The notes below the pieces were generated by a model, which did not search any database, was not told where the DNA came from, and saw only the letters and a program-made list of their open reading frames with translations. The position numbers were made by a program, and so were the translations under genes. A DNA stretch of 63,074 bases, the filler included, from Craspedostauros australis (taxonomy: Eukaryota): assembly GCA_030167865.1 (NCBI GenBank). It is 14 parts of 14 records of this genome, joined end to end, with 100 filler letters (N's around TTAATTAATTAA, not from the genome) between each part and the next. Parts side by side here need not be neighbours in the genome. Positions count along the whole stretch, not along the records: positions 36,880 to 41,875 come from JALAGF010005134.1; positions 41,976 to 44,680 come from JALAGF010005135.1; positions 44,781 to 46,214 come from JALAGF010005136.1; positions 46,315 to 60,322 come from JALAGF010005137.1; 10 more parts are not named here. The stretch is one strand, 5' to 3'. Below, one piece after another: positions 36,880 through 49,068 of this stretch (positions within the stretch are counted from its first letter, which is position 1; every line of letters begins with the position of its first letter).

Positions 36880-39800
36880 AGATAGCTGAAGGAGCTCAAC
36901 AAGATGCAATAGAGGAAGCAATGAGAGCTTCCAACCTACCCTGCAAGAATGGAGCTGCCTCATCAGCACTCGGCCAATATGGAAGCCGAGATGGACGAGG
37001 AGCAACACGGATCGCTGATGGTGAACGTCTGTGCGCATGGCGCGCGCGACGCAACCAAGCACAAGCATGCAGGCAGGGATGATAAGATGAAGAGAGATCA
37101 AGATCTACGCAGGAATGGGCATGGCCCATGATCGCGATCACNNNNNNNNNNNNNNNNNNNNNNNNNNNNNNNNNNNNNNNNNNNNNNNNNNTACGCAGGA
37201 ATGGGCATGGCCCATGATCGCGATCACATCAAGAGTGGTGCGAGGAGCAGCAACGGAAAGCATCGAGATGATCACGTGGCATCGATTGTCATCGCGTGAT
37301 ACAGGCTCGAGTGCTGGCTGCGATTCCTACTGTGAGATGATCAAGATGGTAAGAATGCAATCTACCAGCCATGAATTGGCGACAACAACGAGAACAGCAA
37401 CACAGGAAGTGTGAGCTTCGACGAGAAGGGAAAGCGCTGGAACAAGCTGGACGGGAGGTCCCACCGCGCTTCGATCCCAGGGTCAATACGAAAGACGAGG
37501 AACAAGAGGTGTCCTCGCCATCGGAGAAGACGATGATTCAAGACACCCGCAGAGCCATGAGCCTCATCTACGACCGCCACCGTATCAAACACGGTTATAA
37601 GNGCGCACGAGGCAATGGCAGTAAGAGAGTGAGAGAAAGATGACACTGACAACGGATCGGTCGGTTCAGGAGCAGATGTCCTAACCGCGATGCCCACGAT
37701 AGCGAGATGAAGGAAGCCGGGTCGGCCAAGGTCGCGACAGACGGGATGGACGGGATGGATGACATCGCTCTCATCGCAAACGACGAGCCGATGTCCGTGC
37801 CCATCAACGAAAATGTGGTCGGCATCAAAAATGTGACCAACACGAAATTCGTGGCCATCACCGAAATCGCGAACAACGACCAAAATGTGACCATGTGAAA
37901 CTACACGATGATGCGCGACGACAACGCGATCACGAACAACATGGCACTCGTAACAATCAACAATGATGGGGTCTCCAACTTTGACAGCGGAACACCAGTC
38001 AACGACTACGAGTGGACCAGGGAGGAGATAGCTGAATACACTCCAGGAGTGTATGGCTACTACGGGCCTACGAATGATCACGATGGAGTTGATCAACAGA
38101 GAACCCTTTTCATCCGAGAATGAAGAGGAAGATGGCAACGCCAACTACAACGAAGGCAAAACGAGTGATGAGGAGTGCAGAGGACTGCATATGGATGCAG
38201 GTCCGATCTGCCTCTTGGCTCGATACTTGTTGAGCAGCATGGCGTCTGCCACCGATGTGCGTGTCAAGCTTTCGATGATCTGAGTTAGGATTCGGGCGTA
38301 GACGGCGCGAATCGGTGGAGGATGCCTCTTGGATCTGCCGGCTTCGGGATAGCCGTGTAATGCAGTTCAAGAGAGGTGTACTGTTTGAATAGTTGTTACT
38401 GTAACGATGAGTAGATGAGTGCTTTGTAGCTATTCCTTGTCTGTTTATTATGAGTTAGCTTGTAGTGTTAGTAGGGTGAAGAAACGATGCCACACAACTT
38501 GGCGAGGCCCTGCACTGATGTACTTGGTTCAGTGCTTGAGGGTAGATAGTCATACCAGTGCCTTGCTCTCCACACATGTAGATACACTGCAGTATAGATC
38601 GTGACGCATGGTAGCGACAGTCACGAAGCAGTGGCTGTGGCTGGAACTGACCCTCGGATTCCATTGCTCGAGTTGAAGCAGGTTGGATACACACGTCAAG
38701 ACTACGGCAGTGGTGCAGTAGTCGTCAGCATGAAGGGAATCGAGGTATGTTGTAGTAAAGAGGATCTGAGGAGCATATAGTTCCCAAGGCGGGGTGTGAG
38801 TCAGGTCGGTCATGCTTGAGTCATGATGGATTCGTGAATGGAGGAGAGAAAGGAGGAGAAAAGATTTGGTGGTCAATCGAGTCGGAAGATTTCGCGCCAA
38901 AACAAGATTTTCTCCCATCGGGTTGATACCGTGTCCGGTATTAGTCTGTCCCTCATTGAATCTCAACTATCTGCTACGAAGCGATCGACGAATTCGAGAG
39001 TCGACTGTGCAGATGAGTGCGCCCACGCGGGTTGCACTGCATGATGCATGAGATTGGCGTGCGGAGTGCACTCGACGTGGCTCGCAACGTGTACGCAATC
39101 AATGACATGCTGGAGAACAGCAACTTCACCCCGATCCAACAGACGCTGATCGGATACAGAAGTCGCATGCAAGCGGTATGGACCGCACGAGTGAACCTGG
39201 TGATGACCAGGATCCTACTCACGATGAACGTGACGTGGATGGATACGTCATGTGGGCAATCGAGTGTATTGAGAATGCCAGCAGGTCAGTACCGACAGAC
39301 CTGGGAGATGACGACTCTACTTCAGGGATGAGTACCCCAGATAGAAGAGTGACTTGGGAGCGACGTGCGGATACCATCCGTAGCATGGAGACCGACGACG
39401 CTGATGAGAGCAGAAGAGCCGGAGACGATACAGATACAGAAGATGCTGCTCGAGGGCAAGATGACTTGCTCCCTACCCAAGAGGACAATGAATCGTACGA
39501 TGACGACGACGATGAATCCGGAAGGGACGATGAGACGGGACGAGACGATTTGGTCGAGAACGCACCAAACATAGTCCCAATCGCAGAACCTGTCGTGCAC
39601 ATGCCGAGGATGCTGAGTTCTCTCGAGGGATACTACGATATGCCCATTCCGAAGGAGGAGCGAGAACTCGGATCAGGTGGAGAATCAGAATCAGATAATG
39701 ATGAGGGGGTATGAGACTGCTTGAGAGATGACTACCACACTAACCGGTGACAGGAGGACCCAACTTTCACACAGAAGGGTCAACATTCAACAGAGATATC

Positions 39801-41212
39801 GTAGGCATGACGAGTGACACCACTCATGAGAGGATGAGCCTGGGTGACTTCATCACTGCGAACCAAGCATTGAACTATATACAGAACAGAGAGGGATCCG
39901 AGCAACCAAATGTCGCAATGATGCTGGATCCAACCACAATTGGCGAATGACGGGGTTATATGGATCCCAAGAAGAGAAATGAATGGCAGGAGGCCATGAT
40001 GGAACGGTTCAGTGATATAGCCATGGCATGAGCATGGCAGATGATCAAGAAGAACCGGATGCCGAATGATCGGCGAGACACTACGTGCACAGATATGAGA
40101 TCGATGTGCGATGAGAATGAAGTCGATGAGAGAGACCCGAATCTGGAAAGGATACAGCTATGAGAGCGCGAGCCATGAACGGCTGATTCCAGATACAGTG
40201 AGCCAAGACGCATCGATATACGATCAATGAGAGAGACGCGGGCATGTTGGATGAAGAATCGAATGACAGAGCCGGAAGGGAGGAACCTCAGATGAATGGA
40301 GGATGAATGGCAGGAAGCCACCAACAACTCCCATGACAAAGAAGCTGCAGCATGATGAATGGATGCTATCCAGAAGAGGATGAATGCGATCGACAGCGTG
40401 GTGGCAAGGCAACACAACGACAGAGCTGGCAGCTGACCACAATGTACCAATACCCAACAAAGGTGACGAACGAGGCATCAGAATCAAGAGATGACGATGG
40501 CTACGCAACTACACAGGAGACAATGACTGCTCCAGTGGCAACAGACGGACCCAACTTCGAACAAGACGGGTTACTCATCAACAAGGACGTCGCAGGCATG
40601 AGGATCGATGCTATCCAATGAAGGATGAGAGTGATCGACTCTATCGCCGCGAGTCAGGATGTTGAGAGCGAACGCAATGGCGAGAGATCCGAGCACATCA
40701 ACACCGGAATGATGCCAAGTTTATGAGAGCCTGAGGAATGCCAGGATCATGTGGATCCTGATGATCTGAAGGGACGAAGTATGAGTGACTCGGAGGCAAG
40801 CCACTGAAGGCGAGGACCTCGAATGCTCTCCCATGAGACCAGTGGCGGGGATGCCACGGATGTTACGCTGCCTGGCTCTGCACAACAATGCGCCAGAACA
40901 CCACTCCAACTCAGATCCAAGCAGTGGAGGTTGTGAGTCAGCCGAGGAAGCGGAGAAGACCCAGCAACCGCGAGAGAGGGAATGAGACGTCCGAGCATGC
41001 ATACACGGCTATGATGCTGGACCCCACCACATCCGAAGAATGCTGGGATCATGCGGATCCAGCGAAGCGAAGTGAAAGAGATGGCAGGAGGCCATCAACA
41101 AGGAGTTCTACAACATGATCAGGCGAGGAGTCTGGCAGAAAATCAAGAAGAGCAAGATACCGAGGGATCGGCGGTATGTGAAGACGAAGTAGATCTTCAA
41201 GGAGAAGAGATC
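36880..41212 (+). mobile_element. Degenerate (probably non-autonomous) copia-derived element
   Basis: An RT-start remnant MMLDPTT.EECWDHADP...WQEAINKEFYNMIRRGVWQKIKKSKIPRDRRYVKTK*IFKEKR lies at 41011-41210. There are many stops, and the 5' part recurs at 46315-48431. Confidence 0.7.
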
Positions 41213-41844
41213 TGTTGGATATCCAGGGTACCCCAGTCTCTAGTAGTAGTATCTGGTTACCTATTCATGTTATTGCATTGTTGGAACTGTGAGTACAACA
41301 TCTTCATCACTTTCNNNNNNNNNNNNNNNNNNNNNNNNNNNNNNNNNNNNNNNNNNNNNNNNNNNNNNNNNNNNNNNNNNNNNNNNNNNNNNNNATCATG
41401 TCATGCAGCATGTACTCCATGTACATCTCATCTTGCAGTATTGGTTCATCTCATCATGCATCTCATCATGCATCTCAGATATTCCATCTCCTGCCTTCTA
41501 CCAATAGTTTCGTTAGCATAGACATTGCCAAGTCGTAGGCATCACACAGCTCGGTCCATTCGATCGGATCAGGGTCTCCGATTCGTCACGGGAGCACCCT
41601 GGATGGGAGTTCATTCAGATCCTCATCGTCACACATCTCCAATCATCTCCGATGCTTCTCCTGTCGTTTCTGCTGGTTTCTTCGCCGATCACTTCACCGG
41701 CTTCCTGGATGTTCCTCATCTCAGGTTCGTTCACAGGCCATCTTACACTTTGTGACATTGGCCTTCCTCCAGTACTCTTTTCTTATTGGTTGCGACATGG
41801 GGGCCGTAGTTGCTTGTATTGTGATGGTGGTCATGATTCCAACA
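41213..41844 (-). repeat. 3' LTR of a nested LTR retrotransposon, with adjacent PPT at 41845-41856
   Basis: On the minus strand, AGGGGGCGGGGA is immediately followed by TGTTGGAATC..., ending ...GATATCCAACA. The termini form a 7-bp inverted repeat TGTTGGA/TCCAACA. It interrupts the RT remnant. Confidence 0.85.
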
Positions 41845-41975
41845 TCCCCGCCCCCTGCGACATACACGTGTGATTNNNNNNNNNNNNNNNNNNNNNNNNN
41901 NNNNNNNNNNNNNNNNNNNTTAATTAATTAANNNNNNNNNNNNNNNNNNNNNNNNNNNNNNNNNNNNNNNNNNNN

Positions 41976-44680
41976 CAACCTTGACCAGGTCAAACTCCCG
42001 GACGGTCCCGTTCACGCTGGCCGAGCGATGGATGTCGGCACCCATCAGGTAGTAGAACAGCGTCATCAAAGGTGTGTTGCCAATGATGCGGCCGACGAAG
42101 CGGTCCCAGATATCGACCAACCGATCGACGAACCACCACCTGATGAAATAGATGTTGGTCTGATTGGCATACCCTTCTGTGTATCTGNNNNNNNNNNNNN
42201 NNNNNNNNNNNNNNNNNNNNNNNNNNNNNNNNNNNNNCTTCGAGAGGATGATCACGAAGGTGAGCGTAATAGCCCAGACTGGGACGATCAAGGGTAGCAG
42301 CACCCATTCATGACCGGAGAGAACGTCGGAGTCGGCGATGACTTTTCCAACTTCGTACGCTGGGACGATGGGGAGCGAGAAGATGAGGACCGCGACGAGC
42401 GCGCCGATGGCCTGGATGATGGCGACGGCCGATTGGGACAGAAACTTCTCATTCGGGATGGAGAGGATCCTCTTGAGGGTTGGGAGGTTGGTTGGTAGGG
42501 GCTCTCCCTTTGATGCCTCGAGGAAAGTCTTGAGATCCATCACTCTCGGAAAGAGCTGGATGATATGTGCGGGAAGGGCTGTGTTGTATCGCTCAGAAAG
42601 GGACTGGCGGAGCTCCAGCTCCATCATGGAAGACAATCCAACATCCTTCCACTCATCATCGGGGCTGACTTCAGTTCCTGTACAGCTCTTCACAAGATCA
42701 TAGAAGTCCATCTCTTCGATGTTGACGTTCTCGATGATGGACTTTCTCATCGAGAGTCGCTTGGATTGACTCGCAAGATTGCTGCCGTGCGAACTGAAGA
42801 AGTTCGATTTTCCGATGACATCCAGCACCGTCTTCTGCGTTNNNNNNNNNNNNNNNNNNNNNNNNNNNNNNNNNNNNNNNNNNNNNNNNNNGCTGCCGTG
42901 CGAACTGAAGAAGTTCGATTTTCCGATGACATCCAGCACCGTCTTCTGCGTTCCTTCATGGAGACGCTGGCGATTCTGGCGTCTCTGGATCTTTCCGCTC
43001 GTCGTTTTGGAGATGGATCGCTCTTCCACGGCTGCGACTGTTGCCGGTGTCAATCCGATCTGTGAGATGACGTTCCTCCTGACCTGTTGGCAGACCGTCT
43101 CGGCATCCTTCGCGTGGCTAGCTCGGATCTCGAAGACGATCTCCAGCTGCCCATCGTTGCCCGAATCATTGGACGAGAAGGCGGCCACGCAACCTGGACG
43201 GACAGCGGACGATGCCTCCTCGACGGCGTGCTCGATGTCTTGGGGATAGTAGTTGACACCGTTGACGATGATGATGTCCTTCTTGCGGCCGCAGATGTAG
43301 AGGTAGTCGTCTTGATAGAATCCGTAGTCACCTGTGCGCAAGTACATCTTGCCATCGGCACTGGCATCGGCATTGGACGATGAATCACCCTCCACTCGCA
43401 GTGTGGCTTGGAAGGCCTCCTTGCTGAGCTGTGGCTGATTGTAGTATCCAGCGGTAACGGATGCTCCCGCGACCCAGATCTCCCCAGTGACGTTGTCTGG
43501 GCGTTGCACGCGGGTGTCCGGGTCCACGATGATGATGTCGATGGAGCTGTGCAGATTGCTGCGCTGGGCGATAGCCACAAACGGCTGGAGATCTTCACCT
43601 TCGCGGATGGTTGAGAGATAGAAGTCGTGATTGTAGCAGGTGCCAACGACGTTCTCCGCCAGTCCATACGCTGCGAGGAACCAGTCCTTGCGCAGGCCGT
43701 GTGGGCAGAATGTATCGGCGAAGTTCTTCTCGGTGTCAAGCCGGATTGGTTCAGCGGCGTTCTGGAGATGAAGCACACTTGAGAGGTCCAGGTTGGGGAT
43801 GGGATTAGTCTTCCCTTTGGGGCTCTCCACGGCCTCGTTGTACTTGCGGGTGACCAGCCGATAACCGAAGTCAGGGGCGGCGCTGAAATGGCATTTGTGC
43901 TGGGACATGAGGTCGACCCAGAGCAACGGGTTGCGGATGAATGTGACAGGGGATATCATGTGGACTCGGGAATTCGATGCCAGTGGCACAATCACCATTT
44001 GAATGAGGCCCATGTCGTGGTACTGGGGCAACCATGAAAAGGTGGTAAATCGCTCCAAGATCTGCGTCTCGTTTGCACCTTTTTCAAAGCATGTGAGGAA
44101 ACTGCTATGGAATAGTTCAATGTTGGCTCTCAGTGCGTTGTGGGTCACCATGACACCCTTGGGGTCGCCCGTGCTTCCAGATGTATACTGGAGGAAGGCG
44201 AGGTCCGAACCTTTGATGTTGGGTTCATCGAATGAAGGTGGCGACGACGATGAGCGGCCGGACATGAGGCTGGAAAGGAAGCCANNNNNNNNNNNNNNNN
44301 NNNNNNNNNNNNNNNNNNNNNNNNNNNNNNNNNNNNNNNNNNNNNNNNNNNNNNNNNNNNNNNNNNNNNNCCCGCTCGGCCACAAGGAGCGGCTCTTGGA
44401 CGCCGGATTGGCGCGATCGGCAGCGCGGAGCATGTTGATGGATGTTTGGGTGAGGATGAGTGCTGGTGCACAATCCCCGATGACCTTGTTCATTTTGGTG
44501 AGAGACTTGACGAGCGGTGGTCCGGGAGGGTAGACCAGGACAGCTGTCACTCCTGCGCGGAGACATCCCACGAACATGGCGAAGAAGTGGAGTCCAAAGT
44601 CGTAGCAGAGGACGACACGGTCATCTTTCTTGGCACCCCACTTGTTGCGGATGAGGTGAGCGCAGTGTCCTGCTTCATCC
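41976..44680 (-). CDS. NRPS-like protein: fatty acyl-AMP ligase (FAAL)-type adenylation domain, carrier domain, membrane Pls-like terminal region; partial at both ends
   Basis: Adenylation: LAFLQYTSGSTGDPKGV, SWLPQYHDMGLI, AYGLAE, YLRTGDYGF, GRKKDIII..YYPQDIE, KTTSGKIQR. Carrier-like: DVGLSSMMELELRQ. These are followed by two TM helices and YFIRWWFVDRL..GNTPL...YYLMGADI..REFDLVKV. Confidence 0.88.
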
Positions 44681-44780
44681 NNNNNNNNNNNNNNNNNNNN
44701 NNNNNNNNNNNNNNNNNNNNNNNNTTAATTAATTAANNNNNNNNNNNNNNNNNNNNNNNNNNNNNNNNNNNNNNNNNNNN

Positions 44781-46214
44781 AGTGATCCTCCGGATCTACG
44801 AGGCCGCTCTGAACGTCGACAGTCGGGTGACGCTGCTATCCGACCACCAAATTCGGGCCAGTGGAACCGTCCTCGACACGGTTTCATCGGAACACCGGGC
44901 ATCGTTCGCGACACCAGGCACAGGCCGGCAATGCCTAATGCCTGACGAAGACACGACGATCAACTTGGAGATGCGAGACGCGCTGATGACATTCGACGTC
45001 TTCCCCATCATGNNNNNNNNNNNNNNNNNNNNNNNNNNNNNNNNNNNNNNNNNNNNNNNNNNNNNNNNNNNNNNNNNNNNNNNNNNNNGGGTTGCTACCT
45101 TACCAGGGACCCAATTGGAGGAGACAAGGTTGTCGACTGGGATGACCAACCTGATGCATCGCGTGACGCTGGAGCAATGGATCCATGCGCCCACAACGCA
45201 CCGAAGGATCCCACGGAACCCGGGACACGCCAGGCCATAGACGGTATCCCGGATGATCCCATGGAAGGACGAGAACCCATCGACCCCAACGCCCATCATC
45301 CAGATGAGCACGCCCCAGGAGACCCCAACCGTGTACACGAAGAGTACCCCAAGGTGGACGCATTCCTTGACACTCTAAGTCTCGAGGAGCTCATCGGAAT
45401 GTCACACGCAATCGACACGGTAACGTTCGCGAAATCGGCTACCGACACGGCCATCTCGATCCAAGGCACCCTTTTCGACATGGTGGACAATCTCTCAGCA
45501 GGAGACATCGAGCACCTATACAGGGAGCTGGGCATCGACCGCGAGGCCAACGTGGTAGGAACGGACCAAAAGGGATACACTGAGCCAACCAACGTTCCAT
45601 CGACAAAGGTATCAGACCCGGATGACGAGGCAGACAGCGTCATCTCATCCTTACACTCGGTAGGATCTGAACCGGCGTTCCAGAGAAATCGGGAAACATT
45701 TCGCATCCCCAACGAAATCGGCGTGACCAAGGCAACACGTGCTGACGCCCACCGGGGAGACCCACGAAGGGCACCTGAATACCACGGACACATCAAGGGC
45801 GAGAACCCCGTCGGGATCGATGACCTAGGAAAAGACAATCCCATGGACACCATGGATCGACACCCTGCAGAAGCCATGACCGAGTACAGCCACCAAGGGT
45901 TCCCCTTCCGAGCCAAATGGAAGTCCATCGATCTTCACAAGATCCGACCGTACCTCGGGTACCTGCCCACGCACGTGATCAAACAGACCCTTGCCAGAAC
46001 CACACAACTCATGCGGGCAGTGATCACNNNNNNNNNNNNNNNNNNNNNNNNNNNNNNNNNNNNNNNNNNNNNNNNNNNNNNAATCCGGGAGATCGTGGCG
46101 ACGGACACCATATTCTCCAACGTCAAGTCCTTTGGAGACGGATACTCCATGGCGCAAATCTTCTACGGAACATCCTCCCACATGATCAACGCATATGGCC
46201 TGAAGAAGAAAGAA
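44781..46214 (+). mobile_element. Copia (CoDi-type) Pol fragment: protease region to integrase start
   Basis: TLLSDHQIRASG, IRPYLGYLP.HVIKQTLARTTQ, EIVATDTIFS and MAQIFYG parallel the integrase start of the 16729-19235 element. Confidence 0.85.
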
Positions 46215-46314
46215 NNNNNNNNNNNNNNNNNNNNNNNNNNNNNNNNNNNNNNNNNNNNTTAATTAATTAANNNNNNNNNNNNNNNNNNNNNNNNNNNNNN
46301 NNNNNNNNNNNNNN

Positions 46315-48431
46315 GAGCTCAACAAGATGCAATTGAGGAAGCAATGAGAGCTTCCAACCTACCCTGCAAGAATGGAGCTGCCTCATCAGCACTCGGTCAA
46401 TATGGAAGCCGAGATGGACGAGGAGCAACACGGATCGCTGATGCTGAACGTCTGTGCGCATGGCGCGCGCGACGCAACCGAGCACGAGCTTGCAGGCAGG
46501 GATGATAAGATGAAGGACAATCAAGACCTACGCAGGAATGGGCATGGCCCATGATCATGATCATCTCAAGAGTGACGCGAGGAGCAGCAATGGAAAGCAT
46601 CGAGATGATCACGTGGCACCGNNNNNNNNNNNNNNNNNNNNNNNNNNNNNNNNNNNNNNNNNNNNNNNNNNCGTGTGATACATGCTCGAGGGCTGGCTGC
46701 GATTCCTACTGTGAGATGATCGAGGAGGTAAGAATGCAATCTACCAGCCATGAATAGGCGACAACAACGAGAACAGCAACACAGGAAGTGTGTGCTTCGA
46801 CGAGAAGGGAAAGCGCTGCAACAAGCTGGACGGGAGGTCCTTCCGCGCTTCGATCCCAGGCTCAATACGAAAGACGAGGAACAAGCGGTGTCCTCGCCAT
46901 CGGAGAAGACGATGATTCAAGACCTCTACGAAGCCATGAACCTCATCTACGACCGCCACCGTATCAAACACGGTTATAAGTGCGCACGAGGAAATGGCAG
47001 TGAGAGAGTGAGAGAAAGATGACACTGACAACGGATCGGTCGGTTCAGGAGCAGATGTCCTAACCGCGATGCCCACGATAGTGAGATGAAGGAAGCCGGG
47101 TCGGCCAAGGTCGCGACAGACGGGATGGACGGGATGGATGACATCGCTCTCATCACAACCGACGAGCCGATGTCCATGCCCATCAACGAAACTGTGGTCG
47201 GCATCAACAATGTGACCAACGCGAAATTTGTGGCCATCACCGAAATCGCGAACAACGACCAAAATGTGACCATGAGAAACCACACGGTGATGCGCGACGA
47301 CAACGCGATCACGAACAACATGGCACTCGTAACAATCGACAATGATGGGGTTTCCGACTTCGACAGCGGAACACCAGTCAACGACTATGAGTGGACCAGG
47401 GAGGAGATAGCTGAGTACACTCNNNNNNNNNNNNNNNNNNNNNNNNNNNNNNNNNNNNNNNNNNNNNNNNNNCACTCCAGGAGTGTATAGCTACTACGGG
47501 TCTACGAACGATCACGATGGAGTGGATCAACAGACAACCCTTTTCATCCGAGAATGTGTTGGAAATCCGGGGTTAAGGTAGTAGATTAATCTGTTATCAA
47601 TCTGTACCAATTTAGAACTGTGAGATCAAACTCCTTGACTCTCCAATTCCAGTTCAGCAGCAAGTGTAATCTGTAGCAGTTCACCATGATCATGCACTTG
47701 TTCATGGTTGCTTTNNNNNNNNNNNNNNNNNNNNNNNNNNNNNNNNNNNNNNNNNNNNNNNNNNNNNNNNNNNNNNNNNNNNNNNNNNNNNNNNNNNNNN
47801 NNNNNNNNNNNNNNNNGCACAGGTACCTTCAGCATGGGTCTCAGTCTGATTGATCCCACTTGACTTTCGGTTCCTCAGTATTCCACCTGCGCCATCATCA
47901 CATACTCACCGGTCATGTTCAGTGCATGTCGCGTCGTCATTCGTGCTCTTGAGCGGATAGGAGCATCGCCTCCATTTCGCTTTCTCAGAGAAGCGATCCC
48001 TTGTCCGTCGATGCGCGTCGACATGTCTGATATATATCAACAGTTTCGCCCATAGTCTTGGCTCATGTGCGATTACATCCCTAGAGGTCGATCCATAGGT
48101 TCGCCCTCATTACAGCNNNNNNNNNNNNNNNNNNNNNNNNNNNNNNNNNNNNNNNNNNNNNNNNNNNNNNNNNNNNNNNGGTTGATGGGGGACAGGCTGC
48201 AAGGTGGTCCGAGTGTTACCAACAAAGTTGGCCTCGTCGAGTTGTGAAGATATTATTGGGAGGTGCGGCAATCATGGGTATCTTGGTAAAAGCGTACCCC
48301 CGATTCCTGACAAGAATGAAGAGGAAGACGGCAACGCCAACTACAATGAAGGCAAAACGAGTGATGAGGAGCGCAGAGGACTGCACATGAATGCAGGTCC
48401 GATCTGCCTCGTGGCTCGATACTCGTTGAGC
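46315..48431 (+). mobile_element. Second copy of the degenerate element at 36880-38235, interrupted by a solo LTR
   Basis: High, colinear nucleotide similarity to 36892-38235. Confidence 0.85.
47557..48312 (-). repeat. Solo LTR with 6-bp TSD AGAATG
   Basis: Reads TGTTGGAAATCCGGGGTTA...CGTACCCCCGATTCCTGACA, with AGAATG at 47551-47556 and 48313-48318. The empty site is visible at ~38117-38122. Orientation is inferred from the related LTR at 41213. Confidence 0.92.
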
Positions 48432-48481
48432 NNNNNNNNNNNNNNNNNNNNNNNNNNNNNNNNNNNNNNNNNNNNNNNNNN

Positions 48482-48911
48482 CCACCTGCGCCATCATCAC
48501 ATACTCACCGGTCATGTTCAATGCATGTCGCGTCGTCATTCGTGCTCTTGAGCGGATAGGAGCATTGCCTCCGTTTCGCTTTCTCAGAGAAGCGATCCCT
48601 TGTCCGTCGATGCGTGTCGACATGTCTGATATATATCAACAGTTTCGCCCATAGTCTTGGCTCATGTGCGATTACATCCCTAGAGGTCGATCCATAGGTT
48701 CGCCCTCATTACAGCGGTGGTACATGGATAGGTTCCATGGTGGGACATGATTGATGTTGATTTCATTCATGAACAGAAGGTTGATGGGGGACAGGCTGCA
48801 AGGTGGTCCGAGTGTTACCAACAAAGTTGGCCTCGTCGAGTTGTGAAGATATTATTGGGAGGTGCGGCAATCATGGGTATCTTGGTAAAAGCGTACCCCC
48901 GATTCCTGACA
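48482..48911 (-). repeat. Partial further copy of the same LTR with a different flank
   Basis: Near-identical to 47883-48312 but followed by CCAACC rather than AGAATG. Confidence 0.85.
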
Positions 48912-49068
48912 CCAACCACAACACTCAATCACAATCATAATCACAAGCGAACACCTCCCAATCAACCCATCAATCAATCAACCAACCAACCATCTCCCTT
49001 TTCCATCTCACTCGTACAACAACACACTCACATTCACCAGAGTATCAATACTGTCTTCATGTGCTGTT

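Noticed and set aside
38281..38955. Candidate solo LTR (TGAG...CTCA) within the degenerate element
   Set aside because: The compositional shift and TG/CA ends are suggestive, but the flanks (TGATC / TTGAA) give no TSD and there is no second copy in the window.
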